A DNA stretch of 64,000 nucleotides from Candidatus Poribacteria bacterium (lineage in GTDB: Bacteria; Poribacteria; WGA-4E; WGA-3G). Of the stretch, positions 29,082-38,904 are shown one piece after another (position 1 is the first letter of the stretch; the number at the start of each line of letters is the position of its first letter). The notes beneath the pieces are model-generated. The model worked only from the letters and a program-made list of their open reading frames with translations, did not search any database and had not been told where the DNA came from. Location of the stretch: NCBI GenBank assembly GCA_965215265.1, contig OZ244048.1, positions 192,001-256,000 of the forward strand. Direction: 5' to 3'. Position numbers and translations under genes: made by a program.

Positions 29082-30359
29082 CTACGGTAACCGAATTAAC
29101 GTTTTAGCAGTAGCAAAGGCTTCTTCACGCGTTCGAATTTCGCCATTAAATTGGCGTTCCTCGATTTGTTTGAGGAGCATTCCAATTTCTTTCCCTTCTT
29201 TCAAGTTGAACGTGCGCATCAAATCTTTGCCTGTGATAAGTCTGCCCTGCTTGAGGATCGGAAGAAAATGTTGGTAATAAATATCCGCAATCCGGCTGAT
29301 CTGTGAGTCTGTTAGCCTATGCAGGGTAGTAGAAAAAAGCAGTACGCCCCACCACTCAGCACCTGTTCGCTGCAAAAATCGAATTATCTCCTGTTGTCCC
29401 AACTGTGCTGCTGTTAGTTGTTGGTGCTCTGAAGCGATGCATTTCATAAAACGCGTCGCTTTGCGGCTTAACCTAAGCCGTTTAGCGACATTTCCAATTT
29501 CACCTTGCAAAAGTAGACAGAGTTTAATGAGAGAACGACGGCTGACTTCTGAACCTAATTTTCCTGAGAGGTAATCCTCAATTTTAGTCTGGTAAACGCA
29601 AACTGCTTTTGGAATTGGGCATGCTTCAAAGATTTCTAAAGCTGCCCATCCTGTAGGCACAAAAATATGTTGCAACAGCTGAACTTCAAACATCTTCTGC
29701 AAATGCGTGTACGCTTGTTGAGTCGCGAGAATTTTCATCAATTCGTCACGAGTCCGTTCTGTGGAGACATCTGGTAATAGATGATGATATTTCTGGATGA
29801 GGTTAGTAGCATTTTGAGATATTTTAAAACCGAGTTGCGCTGCGAATCGGTAAATCCGCATGAGGCGAAGTGGATCGTCTTGGATAACTTGCTCACTCGG
29901 AAATTGGAGTTGACATGCTGCAAGATCGCCCATGCCGCTACAAGGGTCGATTACTGCCTGTTTTCCGGTGAATATGCTTTGCAAAGAGGCATCTTTTTCT
30001 TTTGATGTCAAAATAGCGTTGAGCGAGATTGCCATTGCATTAATCGTCAGGTCGCGCAAACGCAAATCGTCTAATAGAGATGCCGCTCGAAATTGCGCAA
30101 AGTCGAGACTAAGCGTTTTGACAACGACCCGCGCGGTAGGCGGATGCTCTTCCATAGCGATAAAAGTTCCATCGATGTGCTCGGCGAACGCTTTAGCAAA
30201 TTGAATTGCATCCCCAGCCAGTGCGAAATCTATATCTGTGATTGGGCGATTAAGTAGCAAGTCGCGAACACTGCCTCCTACGAGGTATAACTGAACCCCG
30301 CGTGCCTTTGCAAAAGTAGCTAGTGCTTCAATAAAGGGAGCATGTGTAGGTAAGATCAT
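29082..30359 (-). CDS. Second class II tRNA nucleotidyltransferase, likely CC-adding type
   Basis: 'VGGSVRD...DIDFA', 'DDLRLRDLTINAMA' and 'DDPLR'; lacks the loop between motifs A and B. Confidence 0.75.
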   Translation of the reverse strand: MILPTHAPFIEALATFAKARGVQLYLVGGSVRDLLLNRPITDIDFALAGDAIQFAKAFAEHIDGTFIAMEEHPPTARVVVKTLSLDFAQFRAASLLDDLRLRDLTINAMAISLNAILTSKEKDASLQSIFTGKQAVIDPCSGMGDLAACQLQFPSEQVIQDDPLRLMRIYRFAAQLGFKISQNATNLIQKYHHLLPDVSTERTRDELMKILATQQAYTHLQKMFEVQLLQHIFVPTGWAALEIFEACPIPKAVCVYQTKIEDYLSGKLGSEVSRRSLIKLCLLLQGEIGNVAKRLRLSRKATRFMKCIASEHQQLTAAQLGQQEIIRFLQRTGAEWWGVLLFSTTLHRLTDSQISRIADIYYQHFLPILKQGRLITGKDLMRTFNLKEGKEIGMLLKQIEERQFNGEIRTREEAFATAKTLIRLP

Positions 30360-30404
30360 TTGGGCAGCCAGTTTATTCTTTCTTATTTTTCACGATAGAG
30401 GTAC

Positions 30405-31013
30405 TTAATTTCTTTGCCGGGCTTTCCGTCTTTGTACTTTACGCGATTGGAACAAGATGCCATCAAGGTGAAGATGTGTCGCGTACCCGATAAAACTTGC
30501 GACATAAAACGGTAAACCGGTCTGGGCTGCAGCAGGAAGTTCTTCTAATGCAAGATCGAATAGAACTGAAACCGACTTCGAGGTTGTATTCCAGTCTGGA
30601 TACGCCGCGTAAATCGGAACGATCAGAAATAGACACGGTAAGAGCAGCATCGTAACCTTGGAATGTGTCCAACCGCGATGTTTACTGATAATCGGGAGCA
30701 TTGCACAGAGCCCCAGGATTGCTGATTCCAGATACCTCTGAAAAATAATGAGGAGAGCATTCAAAACGAATAGCACACGATAAAAAATTTTCTGACTTTT
30801 GCTCTTAATATCCACATCCGGCCACAGCCCGAATAAGACAGCTACTGCGAAGCATCCGATTATTTTCATAGGATTATTGATGGAAACTGTTGGGTTCCAT
30901 TCCCATGATAAGCCCGTAAGGATTGAAACGGTGATAGTAGCAACGAACGATATTGCGAAAAACGCGCTATAGGTTATTAACGCGCCGATCCAGTGTTCAC
31001 GAAACATACTCAT
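30405..31013 (-). CDS. Membrane-bound metal-dependent hydrolase (YdjM/DUF457-like)
   Basis: 'FREH', 'LWPDVD', 'HRGWTHS' and 'GYATHLHLD'. Confidence 0.85.
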   Translation of the reverse strand: MSMFREHWIGALITYSAFFAISFVATITVSILTGLSWEWNPTVSINNPMKIIGCFAVAVLFGLWPDVDIKSKSQKIFYRVLFVLNALLIIFQRYLESAILGLCAMLPIISKHRGWTHSKVTMLLLPCLFLIVPIYAAYPDWNTTSKSVSVLFDLALEELPAAAQTGLPFYVASFIGYATHLHLDGILFQSRKVQRRKARQRN

Positions 31014-31149
31014 GAAAAATAGTATAGCATGGTTTTTAACGGAAAGCAATATAGATTTGTCGTCTCATTTACCCCATTTTTTTTGAAGTTTTGTGGTGAA
31101 AGGTTTTTGTTTGTAAACGTGTGAGAAAAGCCGTGGGTTTATAATAAAA

Positions 31150-31376
31150 TACCTCTTTTCGTATCTTGAGCCCATCAACGGCTGATGTTGTGTCAATCAC
31201 TGTATAAATCTCGTTTTTTCGTCTCTTTCAGCCCAATAACTCTTTATGTTTTGAAAACCTAAGCACAAATTTCGTCAGAGGGTTCTGATGCTATGAATCT
31301 AAACAGAGAAAACCTCCGACGAGATTTACACACGAGGACTCACGACATAAGCGTTGACGGTACGGAGAGATACGAA
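31150..31376. repeat. Cluster of ~61-bp repeat units: two tandem units on the minus strand (~31150-31285) back-to-back with one on the plus strand (31311-31376)
   Basis: Reverse complement reads 'acgaaatttgtg...acataaagagttattgggctgaaagagacgaaaaaacgagatttatacagtgattgacacaacatcagccgttgatggg', matching the unit at 55115-55300; plus copy 'cctccgacgagatttacacacg...acataagcgttgacggtacggagagatacgaa'. Confidence 0.8.
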
Positions 31377-31380
31377 CTGT

Positions 31381-33116
31381 TTATTCGGTTACCACGGTTT
31401 CCTCGCCAAGCATATCAATAATCTTGATGGCAACGCGGGCATCACGGCGCGGCAGCACTACCGTGTATTGGCCCTTGATAAATTCGCTCTGCTTCTCCGG
31501 CAAATCACTCGCAACGATTCTGAAATGCCTGCCGTTGTAGTCCGTATCTATCAGCACGCAATCAATCTGCGCACGGAAATCATCAACTTGTTCGTCAAAG
31601 AGGGTGCGGGCTATCTCCAAACGCCCTAAGAGGCTCGGACTGATATAATCTACGAGGGTAATGGTGACGTGTTGCCTGTCTCTTTTGAAGGCAACTTCTG
31701 CTTCAGCAGGGGCGAAGGTGGTGACACCGTCGCGTTGGATGTCCCGCACGATGAGTTGATTAATCGGGTGCCGCTTGTTTTCTGAGTCAAGTTCGGCTTG
31801 TATTCCCAACTCGCTGCCGTTGCAGAGGACTGTAACAGCGCGTGCCTCATCCGGGCGGTGCTGCAGTTCGTCTTTGATAAGCTGAATATCTAATCGGGTG
31901 AGCGGTTTCGTCAGCTCAACGATTTTGACGAGGGTTCCGTCTACGGTGCCGTCAAAGAAGGGGTCCTTCTTGTCGGTTTCGACACCATACTTTTCGATGA
32001 GGAGCCTGCGAAGTTCCTGTTGTTCGCTAAAGTGATAGTTATTGATGCGATAATGAGCGATTCCGCGGTGTTCGGCAATAGTTGTCTGGATGCGTTTCAT
32101 TGTCGTCTGTATCGCGCCTCTGTTCAGATCTGCGGCGATCCAGCGTCTGCGGAGTTTTTCAGCGACGACTGCGGTGGTGCCACTGCCCACAAAGCAATCA
32201 AGCACGATGGAGTCTTCGTTGCTTGACGCTTTGATGATACGGGCTAGAAGAGCCTCCGGTTTTTGAGTAGGAAAGTCGGAACGTTCCCCATCCATAGTGT
32301 TAAGAGCGGGAAGAATAATTACATCATCAGGAGTTTTACCTTTTGGCATTTCTTTACCCTCTTGACCACCACTTTTGTATCGCCATTCAGTCATACTACT
32401 TTCATAAGGGACAAGTATTTCGTCACGATTGAAAATGTATTTGTCCTGCGATTTGGTATACCAGAAAATAGTCTCATGCGCATGGGCTAATCTCTTTTTT
32501 CCACGAGAGGCGTTCTTGTAGTACCAAATAATTTCATTCTGAAATAGTTCTTCGTCAAATACCTCATCCATGATTATTTTTAAATAGTGACTTTTCTCAT
32601 GGTTGCAGTGCAAGTAAATTGAACCTTTATCTGATAGCAGTTCGCGCATCAAGATTAGGCGTTCAAACATGAACTGGAGATAATTGTCATTCGCCCAGAT
32701 GTCGGTGTATTGTGTCTGTTCAATAATGGAGGGGCCTTCGCCTGTTAAAGAAGCAGGTTTACCCCCCCCCTACTCCCACCTGGGTTCCCAGCACCTTCAT
32801 CCAAGGTTGACCTGCTAATGCCGCGGAGTTTTACCTTTCGAACGTAGTCTGCACCGCTGGCAAAGGGCGGGTCAATGTAGATGAGGTCTATCTTACTGCG
32901 GAAACCGTTGACGAGTAAGGTGGAGAGGATCTCCTTGTTATCCCCGTGAAAAAGGAGGTTCGGCCCCTCCAAAAATCCATCATATAGCGGCTCTTTCTCT
33001 GCGTTTTCAACGTTACAAGTTTCCACCAATTGGGCGGGATAGTTGCTCACCGTGCCGATGGGGCGTTTGCCCACCCAGTGCAGCATTGCTCTCCCTTTAA
33101 CCGGCGTAATTTTCAT
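31381..33116 (-). CDS. Type III Mod-like N6A/N4C DNA methyltransferase, copy A; frameshifted (OFF) at a G9 tract
   Basis: N-part (ORF 32745-33221, likely ATG 33116) has catalytic 'IDLIYIDPPF'; C-part (ORF 31381-32670) has the TRD, 'PTQKPE' and the SAM motif 'DCFVGSGTT'; G7 or G10 at 32762-32770 would join them. Confidence 0.88.
32762..32770 (-). repeat. Poly-G9 simple sequence repeat in mod copy A
   Basis: C9 on the plus strand; minus strand reads GGGAGTA-G9-TAAACC. Confidence 0.95.
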
Positions 33117-33159
33117 GAGTTCTCCTCTCGCATAGGGCTTCAGGTCCTTTTTTTTGATG

Positions 33160-34930
33160 TTATTCTGTGATGAGAGTTTCCTCGCCAAGCATATCAATAA
33201 TCTTGACGGCAACACGGGCATCAGGACGCGGCAGCACTACCGTGTATTGGCCCTTGATAAAATCGGTTCTCTTCTCCGGCACATCACTCGCAACGATTCT
33301 GACATGCCTGCCGTTGTAGTCCGTATCTATCAGCACGCAATCAATCTGCGCACGGAAATCATCAACTTGTTCGTCAAAGAGGGTGCGGGCTATCTCCAAA
33401 CGCCCTAAGAGGCTCGGACTGATATAATCTACGAGGGTGATGGTGACGTGTTGCCCGTCTCTTTTGAAGGCAACTTCTGCTTCAGCAGGGGCGAAGGTGG
33501 TGACACCGTCGCGTTGGATGTCCCGCACGATGAATTTATTAATCGAGTGCCGCTTGTTTTCTGAGTCAAGTTCGGCTTGTATTCCCAACTCGCTGCCGTT
33601 GCAGAGGACTGTAACAGCGCGTGCCTCATCAGGGCGGTGCTGAAGTTCGTCTTTGATAAGTTGAATATCTAATCGGGTGAGCGGTTTTGTCAGCTCAACG
33701 ATTTTGACAAGCGTCCCCTCTACGGTGCCGTCAAAGAATCGGTCTTTCTTGTCCGTTTCTATGCCATACTTTTCGATGACAAGCCGATGGAGTTCTTGTT
33801 CTTTGCCAAAGTGATAATTATTGATGCGATAGTGAGCGATTCCGCGGTGTTCGGCAATGGTTGTCTGGATGCGTTTCATTGTCGTCTGTATCGCGCCTCT
33901 GTTCAGATCTGCGGCAATCCAGCGTCTGCGGAGTTTTTCAGCGGCGACTGCGGTGGTGCCACTGCCCACAAAGCAATCCAAGACAATGTCGTTTGCGTTA
34001 GAAGAGGCTTTGATAATCCGCTCAAGCAGCTTCAACGGTTTCTGCGTAGGATACAGCCTTTCTGAAGCCTGCTGGTTAATAATAGGAATATCTGTCCAAT
34101 AAGAAAGGACATTCCTACCTTTTCCATTGTAATACGCCTTTTTATTAGCTTTCCTAGACCAATAATAAAAGCGCTTTCCATTTTCATCTATTTCGGGATA
34201 CTGCTCAATAAGTTCATCATGTGACATTTCTAAAAATTGCCTGTTCAATGTGTTCGCTTTTCCTTTTGCGTAGAAAAGGAGAGTGTCGTGTTTTCGCGGA
34301 TATGCCCCTTCTGCAGGCTTGCCTCTATCTCCATACCCCCATACAATCTCATTCCGAAACTTATCCTCACCAAAAACCTCATCCATAATCAGTTTCAGAT
34401 AATGACTCATCGTGGGGTCACAGTGCAGGTAAATAGAACCAGCATCCGACAGCAGTTCCCGCATCAAGATAAGCCGCTCAAACATGAACTGGAGATAGTT
34501 ATCATTCGCCCAGATGTCAGTATATTGTGTCTGTTCAATAATGGAGTGACCTCCGCCTGTTAAAGAATCGGTTTTACCCCCCCCTACTCCCACGCGGGTT
34601 CCCAGCACCTTCATTCAGAGTAGTCCCTCTAATGCCGCGGAGTTTCACCTTTCGGACGTAATCTGCACCACTAGCAAAGGGCGGGTCAATGTAGATGAGG
34701 TCTATCTTACTGCGGAAACCGTTGACAAGTAAGGTGGAGAGAATTTCTTTGTTATCCCCGTGAAAAAGGAGGTTCGGGCCCTCCAAAAATCCATCATATA
34801 GCGGCTCTTTCTCTGCGTTTTCAACGTTATAAGTTTCCACCAATTGGGCGGGATAGTTGCTCACCGTGCCGATGGGGCGTTTGCCCACCCAGTGCAGCAT
34901 TGCTCTCCCTTTAACCGGCGTAATTTTCAT
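33160..34930 (-). CDS. Type III Mod-like DNA methyltransferase, copy B; frameshifted (OFF) at a G8 tract
   Basis: N-part (ORF 34574-34960, likely ATG 34930 after GGAGG) has DPPF; C-part (33160-34614) has a different TRD and 'DCFVGSGTT'; G7 or G10 at 34577-34584 restores one frame. Confidence 0.88.
34577..34584 (-). repeat. Poly-G8 simple sequence repeat in mod copy B
   Basis: C8 on the plus strand; minus strand reads GGGAGTA-G8-TAAAACC. Confidence 0.95.
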
Positions 34931-34979
34931 CGTGTTCCTCCGAATCTCCAGATTTTTCATGTGCCACAGAACGCATTTC

Positions 34980-35270
34980 CTCAGCTGGATGTGTGCGGCG
35001 GCACTCCTTTAACCCTGAGAGAATATCTAACGTTTTATCCAATGGCAATGGATGGTTGACACGAAAAAGATAAGCAAGATTCTGATAACTGAGTTGTCTC
35101 CATGCCACAAGGAAAGCAATTCCGCCTTTTGCTTCTGCTACCTCTTTTATGGCGTGCAATAGTCTTTCAATGTTCCCATCCTTGTCAAAATCGGCTCATA
35201 CAGCTTCCAGATAACCTTTGGCAAACCCCGGTTCAGCAAGCTCTTTAAGAAGAGGGGGATTGAAAGGCAC
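34980..35270 (-). pseudogene. Decayed addiction-module antidote (HI1420/HigA-like HTH antitoxin)
   Basis: Manual translation 'LLKELAEPGFAKGYLEAV*ADFDKDGNIERLLHAIKEVAEAKGGIA' with an in-frame TGA; boundaries approximate. Confidence 0.6.
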
Positions 35271-35314
35271 TGTGCACTTCTGAAGCCTGGTTTCGGTATT
35301 TGTTGTCCTTGTTC

Positions 35315-35420
35315 CTTCCTATGTTCTAAGAAGTCGTTCCAATAGTTTTGTGTTCTGGCAATGTCTTGCTGTTGTGTGCGTTTAGTTCCGCCACAAAGCA
35401 GAATAACTGGCGAATTTGCA
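35315..35420 (-). pseudogene. 5'-truncated addiction-module killer toxin (HI1419/HigB/RelE-like)
   Basis: Only the C-terminal motif 'VILLCGGTKRTQQQDIARTQNYWNDF' remains. Confidence 0.65.
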
Positions 35421-35427
35421 TATCTCA

Positions 35428-35456
35428 AGTATAGAAAATTTTTGCCGAATTGTCAA
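35428..35456 (-). promoter_or_regulatory. Near-consensus sigma70 promoter pointing into the TA remnant and the two mod genes
   Basis: Minus strand TTGACA-attcggcaaaaattttc(17)-TATACT. Confidence 0.7.
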
Positions 35457-35740
35457 GCCCTTTCTCACGGATTTATGGAACCAACGCTTTCTTATCTCGG
35501 TTTTCATGCAGAGCCACCACAGAGGCGATCCAGTCTGAGGTGATACAAGAGCACTGCTTTTCTCACAGACAAACCTAACAATATCACACATACTACTCTC
35601 AAAAAAAAATGGGGGCAAGTGAGAGATTTGTCCTGATAATACTGTTTTACTATATGGATTCAACCGGTTCAGTTTTGTGAGGTACTGGGAGGCACAACAT
35701 TCTATGCTCCGGTTACAAGCATTGACAAATTTATTTTAAT

Positions 35741-35770
35741 TTGACTTTACATTGAAAATTATGATATAAT
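35741..35770 (+). promoter_or_regulatory. sigma70 promoter with extended -10, towards the VOC pseudogene and rimP
   Basis: TTGACT-18 bp-TATAAT with TGn; a second TGCTATAAT lies at 35805-35813. Confidence 0.55.
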
Positions 35771-35864
35771 TTATGTCAAAATATTGCTTAACGATTAATC
35801 TGTATGCTATAATAGGTTTAAATTATCACGGTGTGGAGACTAAAAAATTCAGTAATGCTTGGAT

Positions 35865-36230
35865 GCGGTGTAGATCATATTGCAATCCAGACGCGTGATT
35901 GGGAAACATCCTTAGTTTTCTATAGAGATGTCTCGGAATGGAGCCTATTGCCGAATTTAGGGGGACATCCGGAAAATTGTACTGTTAGACATGGGCGATG
36001 ACAGTCACATGGAATGGTTTCAACCGGCTGCAGATTCCTCCTGGGCCCAAAGATGCGAGCCCGAATGACCCGGCGACACATTTCGCTCTTGCCACAACGG
36101 ATGTGCGCGATGCCGTCGAACAAGTTCAACAAGCCGGTACCAAAATAACGTTGGAGCTGCTCGATGTAATGCAACTATTGCTTTTTTTACGGGCCCTAGT
36201 GGTGAAGTAATTGAGTTTTTTTCAAACGCA
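35865..36230 (+). pseudogene. VOC/glyoxalase family pseudogene with several frameshifts
   Basis: Pieces in different frames: 'GVDHIAIQTRDWETSLVFYRDV', 'LGMEPIAEF', 'KIVLLDMGDDSHMEWFQP', 'THFALATTDVRDAVEQV', 'IAFFTGPSGEVIEFF'. Confidence 0.75.
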
Positions 36231-36423
36231 TTAATCACTTGGTTACAAAATGAGAAATAGTTAATATGTAATTCTTGGTTAGGTATTTTGGTAGTGCGCT
36301 TAAGATTCCCGGTTATGAGATAAAGAGAATCCATCGTCTGTTGCTTGGGTATCAGTTACTGAATTTCTCTGCGAGGAATCTCCACGATTGGGCTGTATAG
36401 CGTTTTTTGTTTTTAACAAGATA

Positions 36424-36909
36424 ATGACAGAAACCGAAAAATCCCACATTTTTGAATTGTTGTCTCCTATGCTATTGATTGATAGCATTGAGTTAGTAGA
36501 TGTTGAGGCACAAGGGAAGACGTTACGGCTCCTGATTTACAAATCCGGGGGGCTTTCAATAGCGGATTGCCAGTCCGTGAATGCTATTGTTCACCCAATT
36601 TTGGAGGTGCATCAGTATTTAAGAACCTATGCGCAGCTTGAAGTGGCTTCTCCGGGGATAGATAGACCTTTGAAAACAGCTGCAGACTTCCGTCGAAATC
36701 AAGGCAAGACTGTCCGGATTGAGACTGTGTCGAAAGACGAAAAAGGCACGAGCGGAAGCTGTAACGCCCCCTCCGTAGAAAACGCGGTAGTGCAAGGTTC
36801 TATCAAGGAAGTCCTGGATGGCACGGTCGTCGTTACTCAAAGCGATGGAAAGAGTATGCAGATTGAATTATCCTGCATTCACAATGCGTGCATACAGTTG
36901 GAGTGGTGA
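36424..36909 (+). CDS. rimP: Ribosome maturation factor RimP
   Basis: 'LRLLIYKSGGLSIADC' and 'LEVASPGIDRPL'; upstream of nusA. Confidence 0.9.
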   Translation: MTETEKSHIFELLSPMLLIDSIELVDVEAQGKTLRLLIYKSGGLSIADCQSVNAIVHPILEVHQYLRTYAQLEVASPGIDRPLKTAADFRRNQGKTVRIETVSKDEKGTSGSCNAPSVENAVVQGSIKEVLDGTVVVTQSDGKSMQIELSCIHNACIQLEW

Positions 36910-37225
36910 TGAAAATTCAAAAAACAATTTGCAGGATTAGAATACCTAAGAGGAATTGTGGCTTACCGTCTTATGGGAGGCAATTTGACAGTGTTAACAG
37001 TACACGATTTCCATTTGCACTTTGTTTCATTGAGAAGCCTATCCATTAGGTGGTGTTTGTCTCTTGACTGCCTTATAGGAGATAGGGCTATTTAGTTTTA
37101 GGTTTTGCTTCTAATTAAGTTTTTTTATGAGGTGTCGTGTGTCTTCTCTGCAATATCTGATAAAAGTAATTCACGCATATAAATCAAATTTGTAAAACTA
37201 AATAACTCTATATAGGAGATAATGT

Positions 37226-38512
37226 ATGTTAGCGAACCTTCAAAATGCTATTCGTCAAAATATAGCCCAAACCGATTTACCTGAGCAGGTTTTTGTTGAA
37301 GCGATCGAAGCTGCTTTGCTTGCTGCTGCGCGTCGAGTTTATGGTAATAATGCTGAGATTTCTGTGGAAATTAACCTTGAACAAGGCGAGATACGATGCT
37401 CCGTTCCTAAGCAGGTTGTTGATATTATGCGGGATCTCTCTACAGAAATTCCGATTGAAGCAGCGAGAAAACTTGATGCAGATGCAAAAATTGGAGATAA
37501 ACTTGAGGTAGAGATTAACCCGACTGAGTTTGGACGCATTCCAGCCCAATTAGCTCGTCAAATCTTGCGCCAAAAAATAAAAGAGGCAGAACGGGAAAAA
37601 ATCTATGAGGAATTCGCAGGGCGTGAAGGCGAAGTTGTCACTGGGCACGTACAGCGTTTTGAACGCGGCGGCATCATTCTCGATTTAGAGCAGACTGAAG
37701 CGTTTTTGCCACCGCGGGAGATACCTCGTGCAAAAAGTTACGAACGCGGCAAACGTCTACAATGTCTCATCTTAGAAGTGAAAAATGAAACCCGAGGGGC
37801 TCCTATTGTCGTCTCACGAACGCATCGTGACCTTGTGTCGATGTTATTTGAGCAAGAAGTCCCCGAAATTTATGAAGGTCAGGTGCGTATTATGGGAGTT
37901 GCCCGCGATCCGGGCAAACGGGCGAAAGTCGCTGTCATGGCAACAGAAGAAGGGATTGATGCTGTTGGAACCTGCGTGGGTGTCAAAGGCGTTCGCGTCC
38001 AAACTATTGTTGATGAACTTGATAATGAAAAAATTGATCTGATCGAATGGAATGAGGAGGCAAGCGTTTTTATTGCTAACGCCTTGTGCCCGGCTACAGT
38101 ACAGCGGGTTGAACTTAACGCTGATGAAAACAGTGCCCGGGTTATTGTTCCCGATAATGAACTTTCCCTCGCAATTGGACGACGAGGACAAAACGCGAGA
38201 CTCGCCGCAAAATTGACAGGCTGGAAAATTGATATCAAGAGTGAATCCGAGGCAACGGTTTCAATTGATGAACTTTTTAAACCTACAGCGCACAGTGATG
38301 AAAACGCCCCCCTGCACGATTCCAACGGACTTGAAGCAGAAGACAAGGTTTTGCAATCACCGGAATTGCCCTCGGAAGACACAAAAGAAGTGAAAGCAGA
38401 GACTGCCAACGTATCTACAGAAGATGTACCTGCTTTGCCAATTGATGTTCCACAGACTGAGCCGGAGAACTTGTCGCTTAAAACAGAGAAATCTGATGCA
38501 GGAGATGGGTAA
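37226..38512 (+). CDS. nusA: Transcription termination/antitermination factor NusA
   Basis: 'FGRIPAQ', 'EVPEIYEG' and 'SLAIGRRGQNARLAAKLTGWKIDI'. Confidence 0.97.
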   Translation: MLANLQNAIRQNIAQTDLPEQVFVEAIEAALLAAARRVYGNNAEISVEINLEQGEIRCSVPKQVVDIMRDLSTEIPIEAARKLDADAKIGDKLEVEINPTEFGRIPAQLARQILRQKIKEAEREKIYEEFAGREGEVVTGHVQRFERGGIILDLEQTEAFLPPREIPRAKSYERGKRLQCLILEVKNETRGAPIVVSRTHRDLVSMLFEQEVPEIYEGQVRIMGVARDPGKRAKVAVMATEEGIDAVGTCVGVKGVRVQTIVDELDNEKIDLIEWNEEASVFIANALCPATVQRVELNADENSARVIVPDNELSLAIGRRGQNARLAAKLTGWKIDIKSESEATVSIDELFKPTAHSDENAPLHDSNGLEAEDKVLQSPELPSEDTKEVKAETANVSTEDVPALPIDVPQTEPENLSLKTEKSDAGDG

Positions 38513-38561
38513 CAGAGTACTATAAGCACGACACAAGTTTAACGAAAGTAGAGCGATTGAC

Positions 38562-38795
38562 ATGGGGAAACAGCCTATCCGCACCTGTATCGGATGCCGT
38601 GGTAAATTTTTGAAAAAAATGTTAAGCCGGTTTGTATCTCAGGCAGGCCGAATATTGCAAAGCGATCCGGAAAAGAAATTGCCCGGGCGGGGTGTCTACG
38701 TCTGCCCGACTGAAACTTGTATTCAGAAAGCATTCTTCCATAAGCGAAGCCAATATCGACTTGCGTCCGATGTTTCTTTGGATGAGATATTGTAG
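38562..38795 (+). CDS. ylxR: YlxR/RnpM (DUF448) RNA-binding protein
   Basis: 'PIRTCIGCR...GRGVYVC...C'; lies between nusA and infB. Confidence 0.88.
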   Translation: MGKQPIRTCIGCRGKFLKKMLSRFVSQAGRILQSDPEKKLPGRGVYVCPTETCIQKAFFHKRSQYRLASDVSLDEIL

Positions 38796-38904
38796 TTTCG
38801 TACAAATAATTGGCAAACGGATTAATTGGGTTTGTATGTTTCCTTGAATTCACTAGAGAATTTCGATAGTTATAGGGCTTACAACCCAAAAAGGAGGAAT
38901 TGTT

